Shown here piece after piece: positions 1 to 11,134 of a stretch of DNA of 64,000 nt (its first letter is position 1; the number at the start of each line of letters is the position of its first letter). Under the pieces are notes generated by a model. The model saw nothing but the letters and a program-made list of their open reading frames with translations. It was not told the DNA's origin and searched no databases. The stretch comes from Octopus sinensis (taxonomy: Eukaryota). The position numbers were made by a program, and so were the translations under genes. The DNA lies in NCBI RefSeq assembly GCF_006345805.1, contig NC_043004.1:83948001-84012000 (forward strand), read 5' to 3'.

Positions 1-234
1 CATCAACTCGCTCGTGATCATCATTATCACAAACTGCTTCGGCAGAAAGATCGACCCCCCTCTCCACTCGGTATCAAGTGAAGCAAAGTGGCAGCGTTTA
101 CACAATTCCACAGCCTTGTAGACATAATAACACAACATAATTTCATTCATTTAACTAATATTTAATCATCTTCAAGATATATGAGCACATTGGATTGAAT
201 AATGTAATATTTCGTAACGTACTATGACTAAATA

Positions 235-437
235 TTACGGCGATGTACTTGCAAAGCAAGTGACCTGATCCGAAATCGTGTGCTGGAACGAAAATAATTG
301 CAACGTGGAAGGTGTTTATAAGCCATTTAAAAAACACACAAAAACTGTTAGATTCACTTCAACATTTAAATTTAATTTGTCAAAATGTTTTCGTCGCTTT
401 GAGACCGCGACGTATTCACTGACAAAATTCCGCGCTG
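235..437 (-). repeat. Dispersed repeat (copy 1 of 2) with a hammerhead-like three-helix motif, possibly a Penelope-associated terminal repeat
   Basis: Collinear with 42843-43042. Minus strand reads TTTGTC-agtgaatac-GTCGC-ggtctcaaa-GCGAC-GAAA-acattt-TGACAAA. Confidence 0.6.
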
Positions 438-1109
438 ACTAAATACATTCAGTGTTATTACCTGCCGATACGCTCATGATTATACATGTATTTGACCAAG
501 CCTGAAACTAGTGTATATAAAAACCGAAATATAATTAACCACAGAATCATTCTAAACGGCTTTTAAAAACCATAGCAACTACGATCAATACAGGCGAAGC
601 AACTAACACAGCAATAGATGTATAGTCAAATATTCCAACAGATATACAAAAGCCAGGATAATCATGAGTCGGAAGGAAAGAAAACGATGGTCAAATCACC
701 GCGATGATCCTGTTACGTCTTTCTAATTTTAGTTATCTCATTCATTAGATTACGGCCATGCTGTGGCACCACATTGTAGAATTTGTAGCTTAGTGAATCG
801 AGCCTTAATCTACTTATTTTTTGTAAAAGCCTGGTACTTACTTCTACCAGCGTTTTTAGTTGAAACGTTTGGTTACCGTAACGTAAACGCACCAACACTG
901 GTTATGTAGCGATACCAGGAGGGGCACAACATTATATGCTGGAATTTCCTTGACCGAGGTGCCAAGCAGTTGGACTTAACCCGAAAAGGTTGTGGGGAGA
1001 GCAAGCTTCTAACCACACAAACACACGCAAATACTTTTGCTGTAGCTGCTGCTGCTGCTGCTATGTTGAGGATGATACGACGATGACTACAACAAAGATG
1101 ATGGTGATG

Positions 1110-1360
1110 TACAGAAAGATGAAGGGGAGCTAATGGAAAAGGTAGAAGAGATGGAAGTAGAAGTGGAAAAGGAGGAAGAGGTGCTAGAGGAAGTGGAAGA
1201 GGAGGAAAAAGAAGAGGGAGATGAAAAGGAGGAAGAGGAGCTAGAGGAAGTGGAGGAGGAGAATTGAAATACGAGGTAGAAGTAGAGGAGGAACAAGTGG
1301 AGGAGGAAGTAGAGGAGGGGGATTTAGAGGAGAGACGGGAGGAAGAGGCGAGAGATGAGG
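1110..1360. repeat. Purine-rich (GGA/GAA) low-complexity tract
   Basis: Degenerate gaggaa/gtggaa units seen directly. Confidence 0.85.
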
Positions 1361-1379
1361 CAGAGAAAATGTATATATG

Positions 1380-2274
1380 ATCAATGGAGAGAAAGAGCAT
1401 TGATTCAACTCACGGAACAGAGATTATATTATCAAGCTAGAGCAATAAGAAAAAAATCGTTGGCTCACAGAAGCAGAGACAAAAGGTTTCACATTGGCGG
1501 CACAAGTTTAAATCTTACTAACCAAAAAGTACCAGGTTTTCTTCTAGACAGTTCTAACACTAAATGCAGATTCTGCGACACATTTGACGAAACAATAGAT
1601 CATCTCGATTCCGGAGCCTCTGTTCTGGCACCATACTTCTACCAAAACACAATGACAGAATAAAACAGTATTTACAGTGAAAAATATGTAAATAGTACAA
1701 AATCAGCACTGCTGCTTACTATGGACATCAACTTGAGCCAGTTGCTGAAGGTAAAAATGCCCCTATTCTCTGTGATTTTTCAGTCAATAGTGATAGAATT
1801 ATCCAGGCTAATCGACCAGGCATACTTATTAAAGACAGGGGAGAGGGTACTAGTGGACTAATAGATAAAAGTGTTCCCGCTGATAAAAATATATCTTTAA
1901 TGGAATTTACTAAATTAAATAAATATAAGGACATAGAAAGATGTGGCATGTTAAAGCGAGAACTGTTCTTCTTATTGTAAGTGCTCTAAGTATGACAGGA
2001 AGGGATATCAGAAACATCTAGCTAAGTTCCCATAAGATCCACCTTTCAGAGAAATCCTAAATATTCTGCCGACATGTGCTGCCCACATCCTTAGAAAAAG
2101 CTTATCCATTTAAATGTCTATATTTTATCACTTGAGGATATATTGCTTTTGCCCCTGCCACTCCTCCTCCTCAAGCTTTTAATCATGCTGTAACATCTCT
2201 TATTCTTCAGTCGCCCCAGGACTCTGGGTGTGTTTCAGCATGTGACTATAACAAACATGCAGATTGGAAGTAAA

Positions 2275-2276
<2 letters not shown>
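1380..2276 (+). mobile_element. Decayed 3' part of an R4/Dong-like RLE non-LTR retrotransposon ending at (AAT)n
   Basis: Interrupted translation shows the CCHC knuckle remnant CRFCDTFDETIDHL, then I.ANRP.ILIKD...LID.SVP.D....K..KY.D (RLE nuclease). It abuts an (AAT)n array. Confidence 0.8.
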
Positions 2277-2345
<69 letters not shown>

Positions 2346-2374
2346 TTAATAATAATAATAATAATAATATTAAT

Positions 2375-2432
<58 letters not shown>
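2277..2432. repeat. (AAT)n microsatellite
   Basis: Seen directly. Confidence 0.98.
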
Positions 2433-2436
<4 letters not shown>

Positions 2437-3219
2437 GAAGAAGAGGAAGAAGAAGAAGAAATAGAAGGAGAAGAAGAACGAGGAGGAAATACTGTAACCT
2501 ATCGTCCTACTACCACCGACATTAACAATAATATTGGCGAACATCATGGAGAATGCAGCACCAATAACCGTAGTGACATAATATATTTTCTGTCTGCATC
2601 AAAACAATTGTGTGCAGAGAGGGCATTCTTCTCGTTGGAAGAGATTTCTCGACAAGACGCTGTCTGAAACAAACAATATAAGAATCTGTATAGCGTTTTA
2701 CGAAGCATCTATCACGTAACTCTGATAATAAGTAACAGTATCATATACAATACGAACAATGGAAAACAATACTGACAATAGAAGCAACAACAACAATAAC
2801 TAATGTAGTAGTACCAACGTAAAATTTACAGTCAAAATATCAGTAGCAACACCAGCAACATTTAAATCCTATACAATGAAAGCGAATGTATTGGAAGCAG
2901 CGGATGAGAAGGGGTTTTCATTATGGTGGACTACGTCGTCACGGCCCGAGTTGTCGTCATCAACATCATCATCATCTTCCTCATCATCACCACCACCACC
3001 ACCACCACCACCACGAACTACCACCACCATCATTACAATCGTCGTCGTTGCCACCATCATCATGATTATGTGTACCACCTCTACCGACGTTAATATATTA
3101 ACTTAAAGCAAGTATTTGCAATATTTCCCCCACTCTCCTTTATAGAACTTGGGCCTAGTTTAACGTTGTTGGTCTTTTATTCAATATCTGATACTTTATA
3201 TTTAATAGAAGAAACTCTC

Positions 3220-3338
3220 ATTATCATCATCATCATCATCATCATCATAATCATTATCATCGTCATTGTCATCGTTTTCGTCATCACCATCATAATCATG
3301 ATTCCCCTACATTTCTTCCACTTATTATCATTATAATT

Positions 3339-3371
<33 letters not shown>

Positions 3372-3412
3372 GTCATCATCATCATCATCATTATCATCAT
3401 TATTTTTTTTTA

Positions 3413-3450
<38 letters not shown>

Positions 3451-3470
3451 TATTATTATTATTATTATTA
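3220..3470. repeat. Compound (CAT)n/(TAT)n microsatellite
   Basis: Seen directly. Confidence 0.9.
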
Positions 3471-3684
3471 TATAAATGTTCTTCTTGTCTTTTCTTTCGA
3501 TTGCCCATGCTCTGCTTTCATTTTCTAGTAGTTTACTCTTCTTCATTTTGAATTTTCAAAGTTCATGGATGCGTCATATTTTCGGTAGGTATTGTTAATT
3601 CTAACAGCGGCAAACAACGATTCATACGGATGTTTACAACACAAGTGTTACATCCTATGAGACCTCTTCCTCTCCTTATATTAC

Positions 3685-3758
<74 letters not shown>

Positions 3759-3764
3759 TATTAT

Positions 3765-4285
3765 TCAGTATTTTTATAGCGTGCGTTCACTTCACTACCG
3801 GGCGCATCTATGTGTACCTTGGTTATGTGCTGTGGTTTGCTGTGAAGTTCTTATTGTTACTGTATTGGAAGTGGTTTGCGTAGGATGTGTGCAGTGCCCA
3901 GTCATGTAATTTTCTGTATGTTATAGATATGTTTGTAAGTCCTGGTGTTTTTGCTGTGTATTTGTCTGAATATTTTTTTATCATACCTAATGTGCCTACT
4001 ATGATAGGAATTGTTTCTGCTTTTAGATTCCAGGTTTTTTTTATTTTGAAAGTTTCTTCATTTCTATTAAAGAAACGTTGTCATATGCTGGTATTGATAC
4101 ATCAATTATAAAGCATTTTTTCGTCATATTGTCTCACAACTATATCTGGCATATTGGCCTTAATTTCTCTATCTGTGTGTATTGGCATATCTCAGAGTAT
4201 AGTTGCTTTCTCATTTTCTGTGACCTTTTCTGGCGTGTACCTATACCATCTTTTTTCGGCTGTTATTCCATAGTGTTGACATAAC
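3765..4285 (-). mobile_element. 3' end of an R4/Dong-like LINE (RLE domain plus 3' UTR) embedded in (TAT)n
   Basis: Highly similar to 6811-7350, with the same 3' junction into the (TAT)n array. Confidence 0.85.
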
Positions 4286-4298
4286 ATTATTATTATTA

Positions 4299-4331
<33 letters not shown>

Positions 4332-4408
4332 TATTATTATTATTATTATTATTATTGTTGTTGTTGTTATTATTATTATTGCTATTATTAATATCATTAT
4401 TGTTATTA

Positions 4409-4472
<64 letters not shown>

Positions 4473-4960
4473 CATTATTTTTATCAAAGTGAGACCGGGG
4501 TACATGTATGCGAAGTCAAATATACCAATTATTACTTCACTTATTCCATTCAGCGATATTTAAAAAAAACATGGCGCATTTCACTATATGTCATAATCCG
4601 CCCACGACTCAGAGAAAAATGCTGACATTCAACAAGAAAAAAAAAGCATGAAACAATTATCAAACTTAAAAAGTAAAGATAAAATTTAATTAGACAAATG
4701 AAAAAGAATTACTTTTTAACATACAACAAAACGAAAATATTTTGTGCGACAAATGAAATGTTAACAACAGCGGTACTGAGAAATTAGTTTCTGGCTTCTG
4801 CATAAAAGGGTGAAAACTAAACGAAATTGTTACGTATTAAGTGGTGCTACGGCAGAATCCCTACGTCCATAATAATAATAATAATAATAATATTGATAAT
4901 AATATTAATAATAATAATAATAATAGTAATTATAATAATAATGATGTTGATAATAATAAC

Positions 4961-5023
<63 letters not shown>

Positions 5024-5633
5024 AAGAAGAATATTAATGATAATACTTTTAATAACAACAACAACAATACACGCATATACTTCTATATTTAAGAGATGCG
5101 GAGTTATCTACATTATTTACATTATTTACATTCGACAGATATCCGTCGAATTTAAATAATGTAAATAAAATACACGCATATATTTATTCCAACTTTAACA
5201 ATGAAGAAGTACAATTGAACTTACGTGTGTGCTATTATTATTATTGGTATAATGACTCTCTCAAGAGAACAAAATTTGTCTCAATACAAAAATTCCTTTC
5301 AGGAATCTTGCGAACCAGATACAAAAATGTTGTTAGTTTTATTGCTTTGATAATTTGTAAGTTCTGAATAAAAGGATATACATACGAATGTCAGAGCACA
5401 TTATGTTATCTATTGCTCACGAATATGCAACATTGCTTTCAGTTACTTAAAAAATGAAGCAGGTACTTGCATTTTGTCTCGAGCTGCAAGTGGGAAGATA
5501 TCCCATTTAGTATTTGCTGCAGGAAACAATATATGTTCTTCGTGATGTTTAGAGATGAATGCATACTTCCTTAGAGTATAAGACTTTCTTTGCAAGGTCT
5601 TGACGATCACAAAACACCTACGTTTACCCTTGA

Positions 5634-5927
5634 GATGGGCGCAGGGTGAGTATTTTGTGGCAGAACAGAAAATCTTGTTATTTGAATAGCAACGAATGTA
5701 GCTAGAAAACCTTCAGTTCGGGAAATTATAAAATAATGAGAATGACTTCGAGAAGAATATAGCAACAACAGTAAGAGGTTGATGGAAATTACATTTCTTA
5801 CTGTGACGCTACTAGAGAGACTGATTTGTTTATGATCGGAACTGTAGTAACAGAAATATGATCAGGTAACGCATCTAACAAAAAAAGCGGTAAAGAAATG
5901 TAAAATACAAAATGTTACACAGCTACC
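5634..5927. repeat. Dispersed copy of the ~550-bp repeat that is tandem at 19.0-19.8 kb
   Basis: Collinear with 19273-19566, e.g. atatgatcaggtaacgcatctaacaaaaaagc. Confidence 0.85.
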
Positions 5928-6001
5928 ACAAACATTTATTTACGGTTATTTCAAGTTTCTGTATGAAATTCATTACACAGCAAAAGCTTAATTGAAATTA
6001 A

Positions 6002-6192
6002 GGCGGCGAGCTGGAAGTATCGTTAGCACACAGGGTATTTCGTCAGTCTTTACGTTCTGAGTTCAAATTCCGCCGAGATCGACTTTGCCTTTTATCATTT
6101 CGAGGTCGCAAAAAGAGTGCATGTTGGGCACTGGGGACAATGTAATCGACTTGCCCTTCCCCCGAAATTGCAGGCCCGGTGCTAAAATTTGA
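6002..6192 (+). mobile_element. tRNA-derived SINE, family B (GGCGGCGAGCTGG...)
   Basis: 5' ggcggcgagctgg and B-box-like gagttcaaattcc; matches the copies at 7782 and 33826. Confidence 0.8.
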
Positions 6193-6355
6193 AATTTGAC
6201 GGCATTTCGTGCGGCTTTACGTACTGAATCCTCATTCCATCTACATGGACATCATATTTTAGGCTTCTTGTGTCAGCGTATGGAATTGATTACCGCCATC
6301 TACTAAATTCCAGGTCACATGCATATGTTATGATGAACTAAATATTATTATTATT

Positions 6356-6757
6356 GAGTGAGAGAGAAGTGCATGCTATCAAAGTGACACCGGGGTAAAA
6401 TATACGAAGTCCGGTATACTCATTATGACTACCCGTCTGATAACGGTACACCAGGCACATGCACCACAACTATATGTGCGCGACATGGTGATCTCATATC
6501 AAGATAAATAGCACATGACCTTGCAGGTGGGGCCCAGTTAGAATTTTCTTCTATTCGGGTAACCCACTCGCTCAAAAGGTTCCTGAATAAGGGTTGTTTA
6601 AGGATGTTGAACGAAACACTCATATTTCCAGTGGTGAATTATTCAAACCCCGAATAATCTCTATCAACACATGGCTATGATGCTCACCAACTACTTCTGC
6701 TCGTGATCAGTCACTAAGGTAAAAAAACTGACAAGCAAATCTTTCGTATTGAGCAGT
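6356..6757. repeat. Interspersed repeat between (TAT)n tracts, family not assigned
   Basis: Its start (atcaaagtgacaccggggta) recurs at about 4483-4520, also next to (TAT)n. Confidence 0.45.
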
Positions 6758-6761
6758 ATTA

Positions 6762-6810
<49 letters not shown>

Positions 6811-6814
<4 letters not shown>

Positions 6815-7604
6815 TAGTTTTATTTTTATAGCGTGCTTTCACTTCACTACCGAGCGCAGCTCTGTGTGCCTTGGGTATGTGCTGTGATTTGTTGTGATGC
6901 TCTGATGGTTATTGTATGGAAAGTGTTCTGCGTAGGATGTGTGCAGTGCCTAGTAGTGCAATTTTCTGTATGTTATATGTGTTTGTAAGTCCTGGTGTTT
7001 TTGTTATGTATTTGTCTGAATATATTTTTATCATGCCTAATGCACCTACTATGATAGGAATTGTTTCTGTTTTCAGATTCCACATTCTAGTTACCTCTAT
7101 TTCCAGGTCTTTGTATTTTGAGGGTTTCTCCATTTCTTTTAGAGACACATTGTCATCTGCCGGTATTGATACATCAATTAGAAAGCATTTTTTCTTCATG
7201 ATCTCTGACAACTATATCTGGTCTGTTGGCCTTAATTTCTCTATCTGTGTGTATCGGCATATCCCAGAGTATGGTTGCTTTCTCGTTTTCTGTGACCTTT
7301 TCTGGTGTGTGCCTATACCATCTTTTTCTGTTGTTATTCCATAATGTTGGCATAGCTTCCAATGTATGTAGGTTCCAACTCTGTCATGTCTGTGAATATA
7401 TTCCTTCTTAGCCAGGACTGGGCAGCTAGAGATAATATGATTTATTGTTTCTTGTCCATCTCCACATATTCTGCAGTTACTTCTAATATTTCTTTTCATT
7501 ACATGTTTTTTGGTAATTTCTGGTGGGGAGGCTTTGGTCTTGTGCTGCAATTAAAAATCCCTCTGTTCTGCTTTGAGTCCTGAGCTTCTCAACCATTGCT
7601 GGGA
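6811..7604 (-). mobile_element. 5'-truncated R4/Dong-like LINE: CCHC knuckle, RLE endonuclease and 3' UTR, frameshifted
   Basis: ORF pieces TEGFLIAAQDQSL, CRICGDGQETINHIISSC...RHD, ILWDMPIHTDREIKANRPDIVVRD, CFLIDVSIP...K..KYKDL. The 3' end runs into (TAA)n. Confidence 0.92.
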
Positions 7605-7645
7605 TTTTTCTTTGTCTATTTCTTCTTCTTCTTCTTCTTCTTCTT

Positions 7646-7725
<80 letters not shown>

Positions 7726-7781
7726 CATTATTATTATTATTATCATCATCATCATCATTATCATTATCTATCTAGCAGAAA

Positions 7782-8500
7782 GGCGGCGACCTAGCAGAAA
7801 CGTTAGCACGCCGGGCGAAATGCTTAGCGCTATTCCGTCTGCCGCTACATTCTGAGTTCAAATTCCGCCGAGGACGACTTTGCCTTTCATCCTTTCTGGG
7901 TTGAATAAATAAATACCAGTTACGCACTGGGGTTAGAAGGAATAGGTATTTCGTCTGCTGCTACGTTCTGAGTTCAAATTCTACCGAGGTCGATAACGTC
8001 TTTTATCCATTCAGTGTTGATGAATTACGTACTAGTTGAGTACTGGAGTTTATGTCAACGAGTAGTTTCCTCCTTCAAAAGTTTAGTCCTGTCTTTAGTA
8101 TAATGGATTATTATTATTTTAGTAGTAATAGAATTGAGGCGGAGAAAATGGTTAGTCGAATGTCTTGCGTCTTTAAGTCTGAATTCAAATGCCGCCGATG
8201 TTGATATGACTTTCATCAGTTCAGTCTTGATAAAATAATTATAAGTTGTGCTTTGGTGCTGATACAATCGACTAACCACCTCACCAAGATATTTCAGTCT
8301 TTTTGCCTTTTTATATTGGTTTTAAATTTTATCATTAGGCCAGAAAATTTAGCGGAGGGTGAAGTCAATTACTTGAGCCCAGTTTGCATCTGGTACTTTT
8401 TTATCGATACGCTGAAGATGAAAAGCAAACCTTTTGAACTCAGACGGATAAAATGTGCAAGAGGATTTTGCCAGGCGTGCTAACGAACCTGCCATCTCGC
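7782..8500. mobile_element. Cluster of family B SINEs (about 7782-7935 +, 7945-8110 +, 8135-8310 +, 8350-8500 -)
   Basis: Repeated ctgagttcaaattccgccgagg...tttcatcc core; the last copy is reverse-complemented. Confidence 0.75.
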
Positions 8501-8811
8501 TGTCTTGCCATCTGCTTATATTAGGAAGATTTATTATCATTGAGATGTTCTAATTTTATTGATAACTAAATGTTTTATCACCCAAAGGACATGAGAGGAA
8601 AATTTCTCACACCATCGGATGAGAACTTAGAACATAAAGTATCAGAACAAATATTCTGAAGGTTTCTTTACAGATCTGCCAACCGAATTCCTTCGTAATC
8701 TGTTAAGCAATAGCTGCATTTACAGTATCCCTATCTAGAGCATCAGCATGGAATATAATATGATAACGTTGTGGCAATCGAGAGGAAAGTTTCGGGCAAA
8801 ACGTACAGATA

Positions 8812-9200
8812 GAAGTGGCTGTGGGGCAAGTAGCTTGCTTACGAACAAACATGGTTCAGGGTTCAGTCCCGCTGCGTGGCACCTTGGGCAATTGTCGTCT
8901 ACTATAGCGACCAAAGCCGTGTGAGTGGATTTGTTAGACGGAAATTGAAAGGAGCCCGTCGTATATATTTATATATATATATATGTGTGTGTGTGTATGT
9001 GTGTGTTTATAAGTTTGTGTGTCTGTGTTTGTCCCCCTCAACATCGCTTGATGAGCGATGCTGGTGTTTACGTCCCCGTGACTTAGCAGTTTGGCAAAAA
9101 TTACCGATAGAATAAGTACTAGGCTCACAAAGAACAAGTCCTGGGATCGATTTGCTCGAATAAAGCCGGTCCCTCAGAATGGCTGAAACAAGTAAAGAGT
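8812..9200 (+). mobile_element. tRNA-derived SINE, family A (internal (TA)n/(TG)n, LINE-like 3' tail)
   Basis: A-box-like agtggctgtgggg, B-box-like ggttcagtccc, 3' ggctgaaacaagtaaagag. Confidence 0.85.
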
Positions 9201-9498
9201 ATAGCACATATGGAAGACAATAAGCGAATACATAGATGGATAAACTTGAGAGAGTTATATATGTACATATATATATTAATCAATATAGGGTGGCAAAAAA
9301 TTTTGTAGAATTTTTTTGCCACCAGCGGCCTAGTGGGAAAAAATTAAATAGTCATATACCATTTTTAAGTTCAACATCACAATCAAGGAACGGCCATAAT
9401 AGGCCATTCACCCACTAGAAATAACAGCCAAAAGCTTTAACCGCAAAATAACATCCATTCCGTAAACCAGGAGAAAATTAAAAAACATTTATCCTGTA

Positions 9499-9605
9499 AT
9501 TTCTTATACGATGCACCGTTTCATCTACCGTTTAATGGTAAACTAACCTGATTAAATTAAATCAAGCCAATCTACCATAGGCCCTTAGATTCATCAGTAA
9601 GAAAT
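9499..9605 (-). ncRNA. Type I hammerhead ribozyme, copy 1
   Basis: Minus strand: AUUUCUUA-CUGAUGA-AUCUA...UAGAU-GAAA-CGGUGCAUCG-UA^UAAGAAAU. The core is complete; predicted GUA cleavage between 9507 and 9506. Confidence 0.9.
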
Positions 9606-9986
9606 AGCCAAGTCGGAACAGATATTTTTCACGAGGCATTCCCGTCCCTGCCTCGGCAATATCTGACCTAAAATTTTCAAATCATCGCACTCGCGCCAAA
9701 TTTATCGGCAGCAAATAAATATAAGCCGCCGATTCCATTACGGAATTACCAGAAAATTCATAATTAATCAATATAGGGTGGCAAAAAATTTTGTAGAATT
9801 TTTTTGCCACCAGCGGCCTAGTGGGAAAAAATTAAATAGTCATATACCATTTTTAAGTTCAACATCACAATCAAGGAACGGCCATAATAGGCCATTCACC
9901 CACTAGAAATAACAGCCAAAAGCTTTAACCGCAAAATAACATCAATTCCGTAAACCAGGAGAAAATTAAAAAACATTTACCCTGTA

Positions 9987-10093
9987 ATTTCTTATACGAT
10001 GCACCGTTTCATCTACCGTTTAATGGTAAACTAACCTGATTAAATTAAATCAAGCCAATCTACCATAGGCCCTTAGATTCATCAGTAAGAAAT
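9987..10093 (-). ncRNA. Type I hammerhead ribozyme, copy 2
   Basis: Same motif 488 nt away; predicted cleavage between 9995 and 9994. Confidence 0.9.
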
Positions 10094-10469
10094 AGCCAAG
10101 TCGGAACATTTTCTCCTGGTTTACGGAATTGATGTTATTTTGCGGTTAAAGCTTTTGGCTGTTATTTCTAGTGGGTGAATGGCCTATTATGGCCGTTCCT
10201 TGATTGTGATGTTGAACTTAAAAATGGAATATGACTATTTAATTTTTTCCCACTAGGCCGCTGGTGGCAAAAAAATTCTACAAAATTTTTTGCCACCCTA
10301 TATTGATTAATTATGAATTTTCTGGTTAATTCCGTAATGAAATCGGCGGCTTATATATATTTGCTGCCGATAAATTTGGTGCGAGTGCGATGATTTGAAA
10401 ATTTTAGGTCAGATATTGCCGAGGCAGGGACGGGAATGCCTCGTGAAAAATATCTGTTCCGACTTGGCT

Positions 10470-10576
10470 ATTTCTTACTGATGAATCTAAGGGCCTATGG
10501 TAGATTGGCTTCATTTAATTTAATCAGGTTAGTTTACCATTAAACGGTAGATGAAACGGTGCATCGTATAAGAAAT
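10470..10576 (+). ncRNA. Type I hammerhead ribozyme, copy 3
   Basis: Stem I 10470-77/10569-76; CTGATGA 10478-84; stem II ATCTA 10485-89/TAGAT 10548-52; GAAA 10553-56; predicted cleavage after A10568. Confidence 0.9.
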
Positions 10577-11017
10577 TACAGGGTAAATGTTTTTTAATTT
10601 TCTCCTGGTTTACGGAATTGATGTTATTTTGCGGTTAAAGCTTTTGGCTGTTATTTCTAGTGGGTGAATGGCCTATTATGGCCGTTCCTTGATTGTGATG
10701 TTGAACTTAAAAATGGTATTATGACTATTTAATTTTTTCCCCCTAGGCCGCTGGTGGCAAAAAAATTCTACAAAATTTTTTGCCACCCATATTGATTAAT
10801 TATGAATTTTCTGGTTAATTCCGTAATGGAATCGGCGGCTTATATTTATTTGCTGCCGCTAAATTATAAATTTGGCGCGAGTGCGATGATTGAAAATTTT
10901 AGGTCAGATATTGCCGAGGCAGGGACGGGAATGCCTCGTGAAAAATATCTGTTCCGACTTGGCTATTTCTTACTGATGAATCTAAGGGCCTATGGTAGAT
11001 TGGCTTGATTTAATTTG

Positions 11018-11093
<76 letters not shown>

Positions 11094-11134
11094 TATATAT
11101 ATATATTATATATATATATATAAGTATATTCTCT

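Larger units (their letters stand above)
9276..11016. mobile_element. Retrozyme-like array: 488-bp hammerhead-bearing unit, about 1.7 units on the minus strand (9276-10108) joined head-to-head to about 1.85 units on the plus strand (10109-11016)
   Basis: caatatagggtggc occurs at 9281 and 9769 (period 488). The inversion junction is tcggaaca|ttttctcctgg at 10108/10109. Both ends merge into (TA)n. Confidence 0.9.

Noticed and set aside
9281-9768. A second ribozyme on the opposite strand (ambisense viroid-like RNA)
   Set aside because: By eye I found no CUGANGA/GAAA core or twister/HDV pattern on the antisense strand; a covariance-model search would be needed.
10802-11008. 68-aa ORF (and 9236-9418) within the hammerhead repeat
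   Set aside because: The frame depends on a copy-specific insertion (ctaaat near 10859) and is not preserved in other copies; the repeat appears non-coding.
9276-11016. CRISPR array, or a TIR transposon with very long TIRs
   Set aside because: There are no unique spacers. The inverted arms are permuted tandem units with unequal ends and no TSD.
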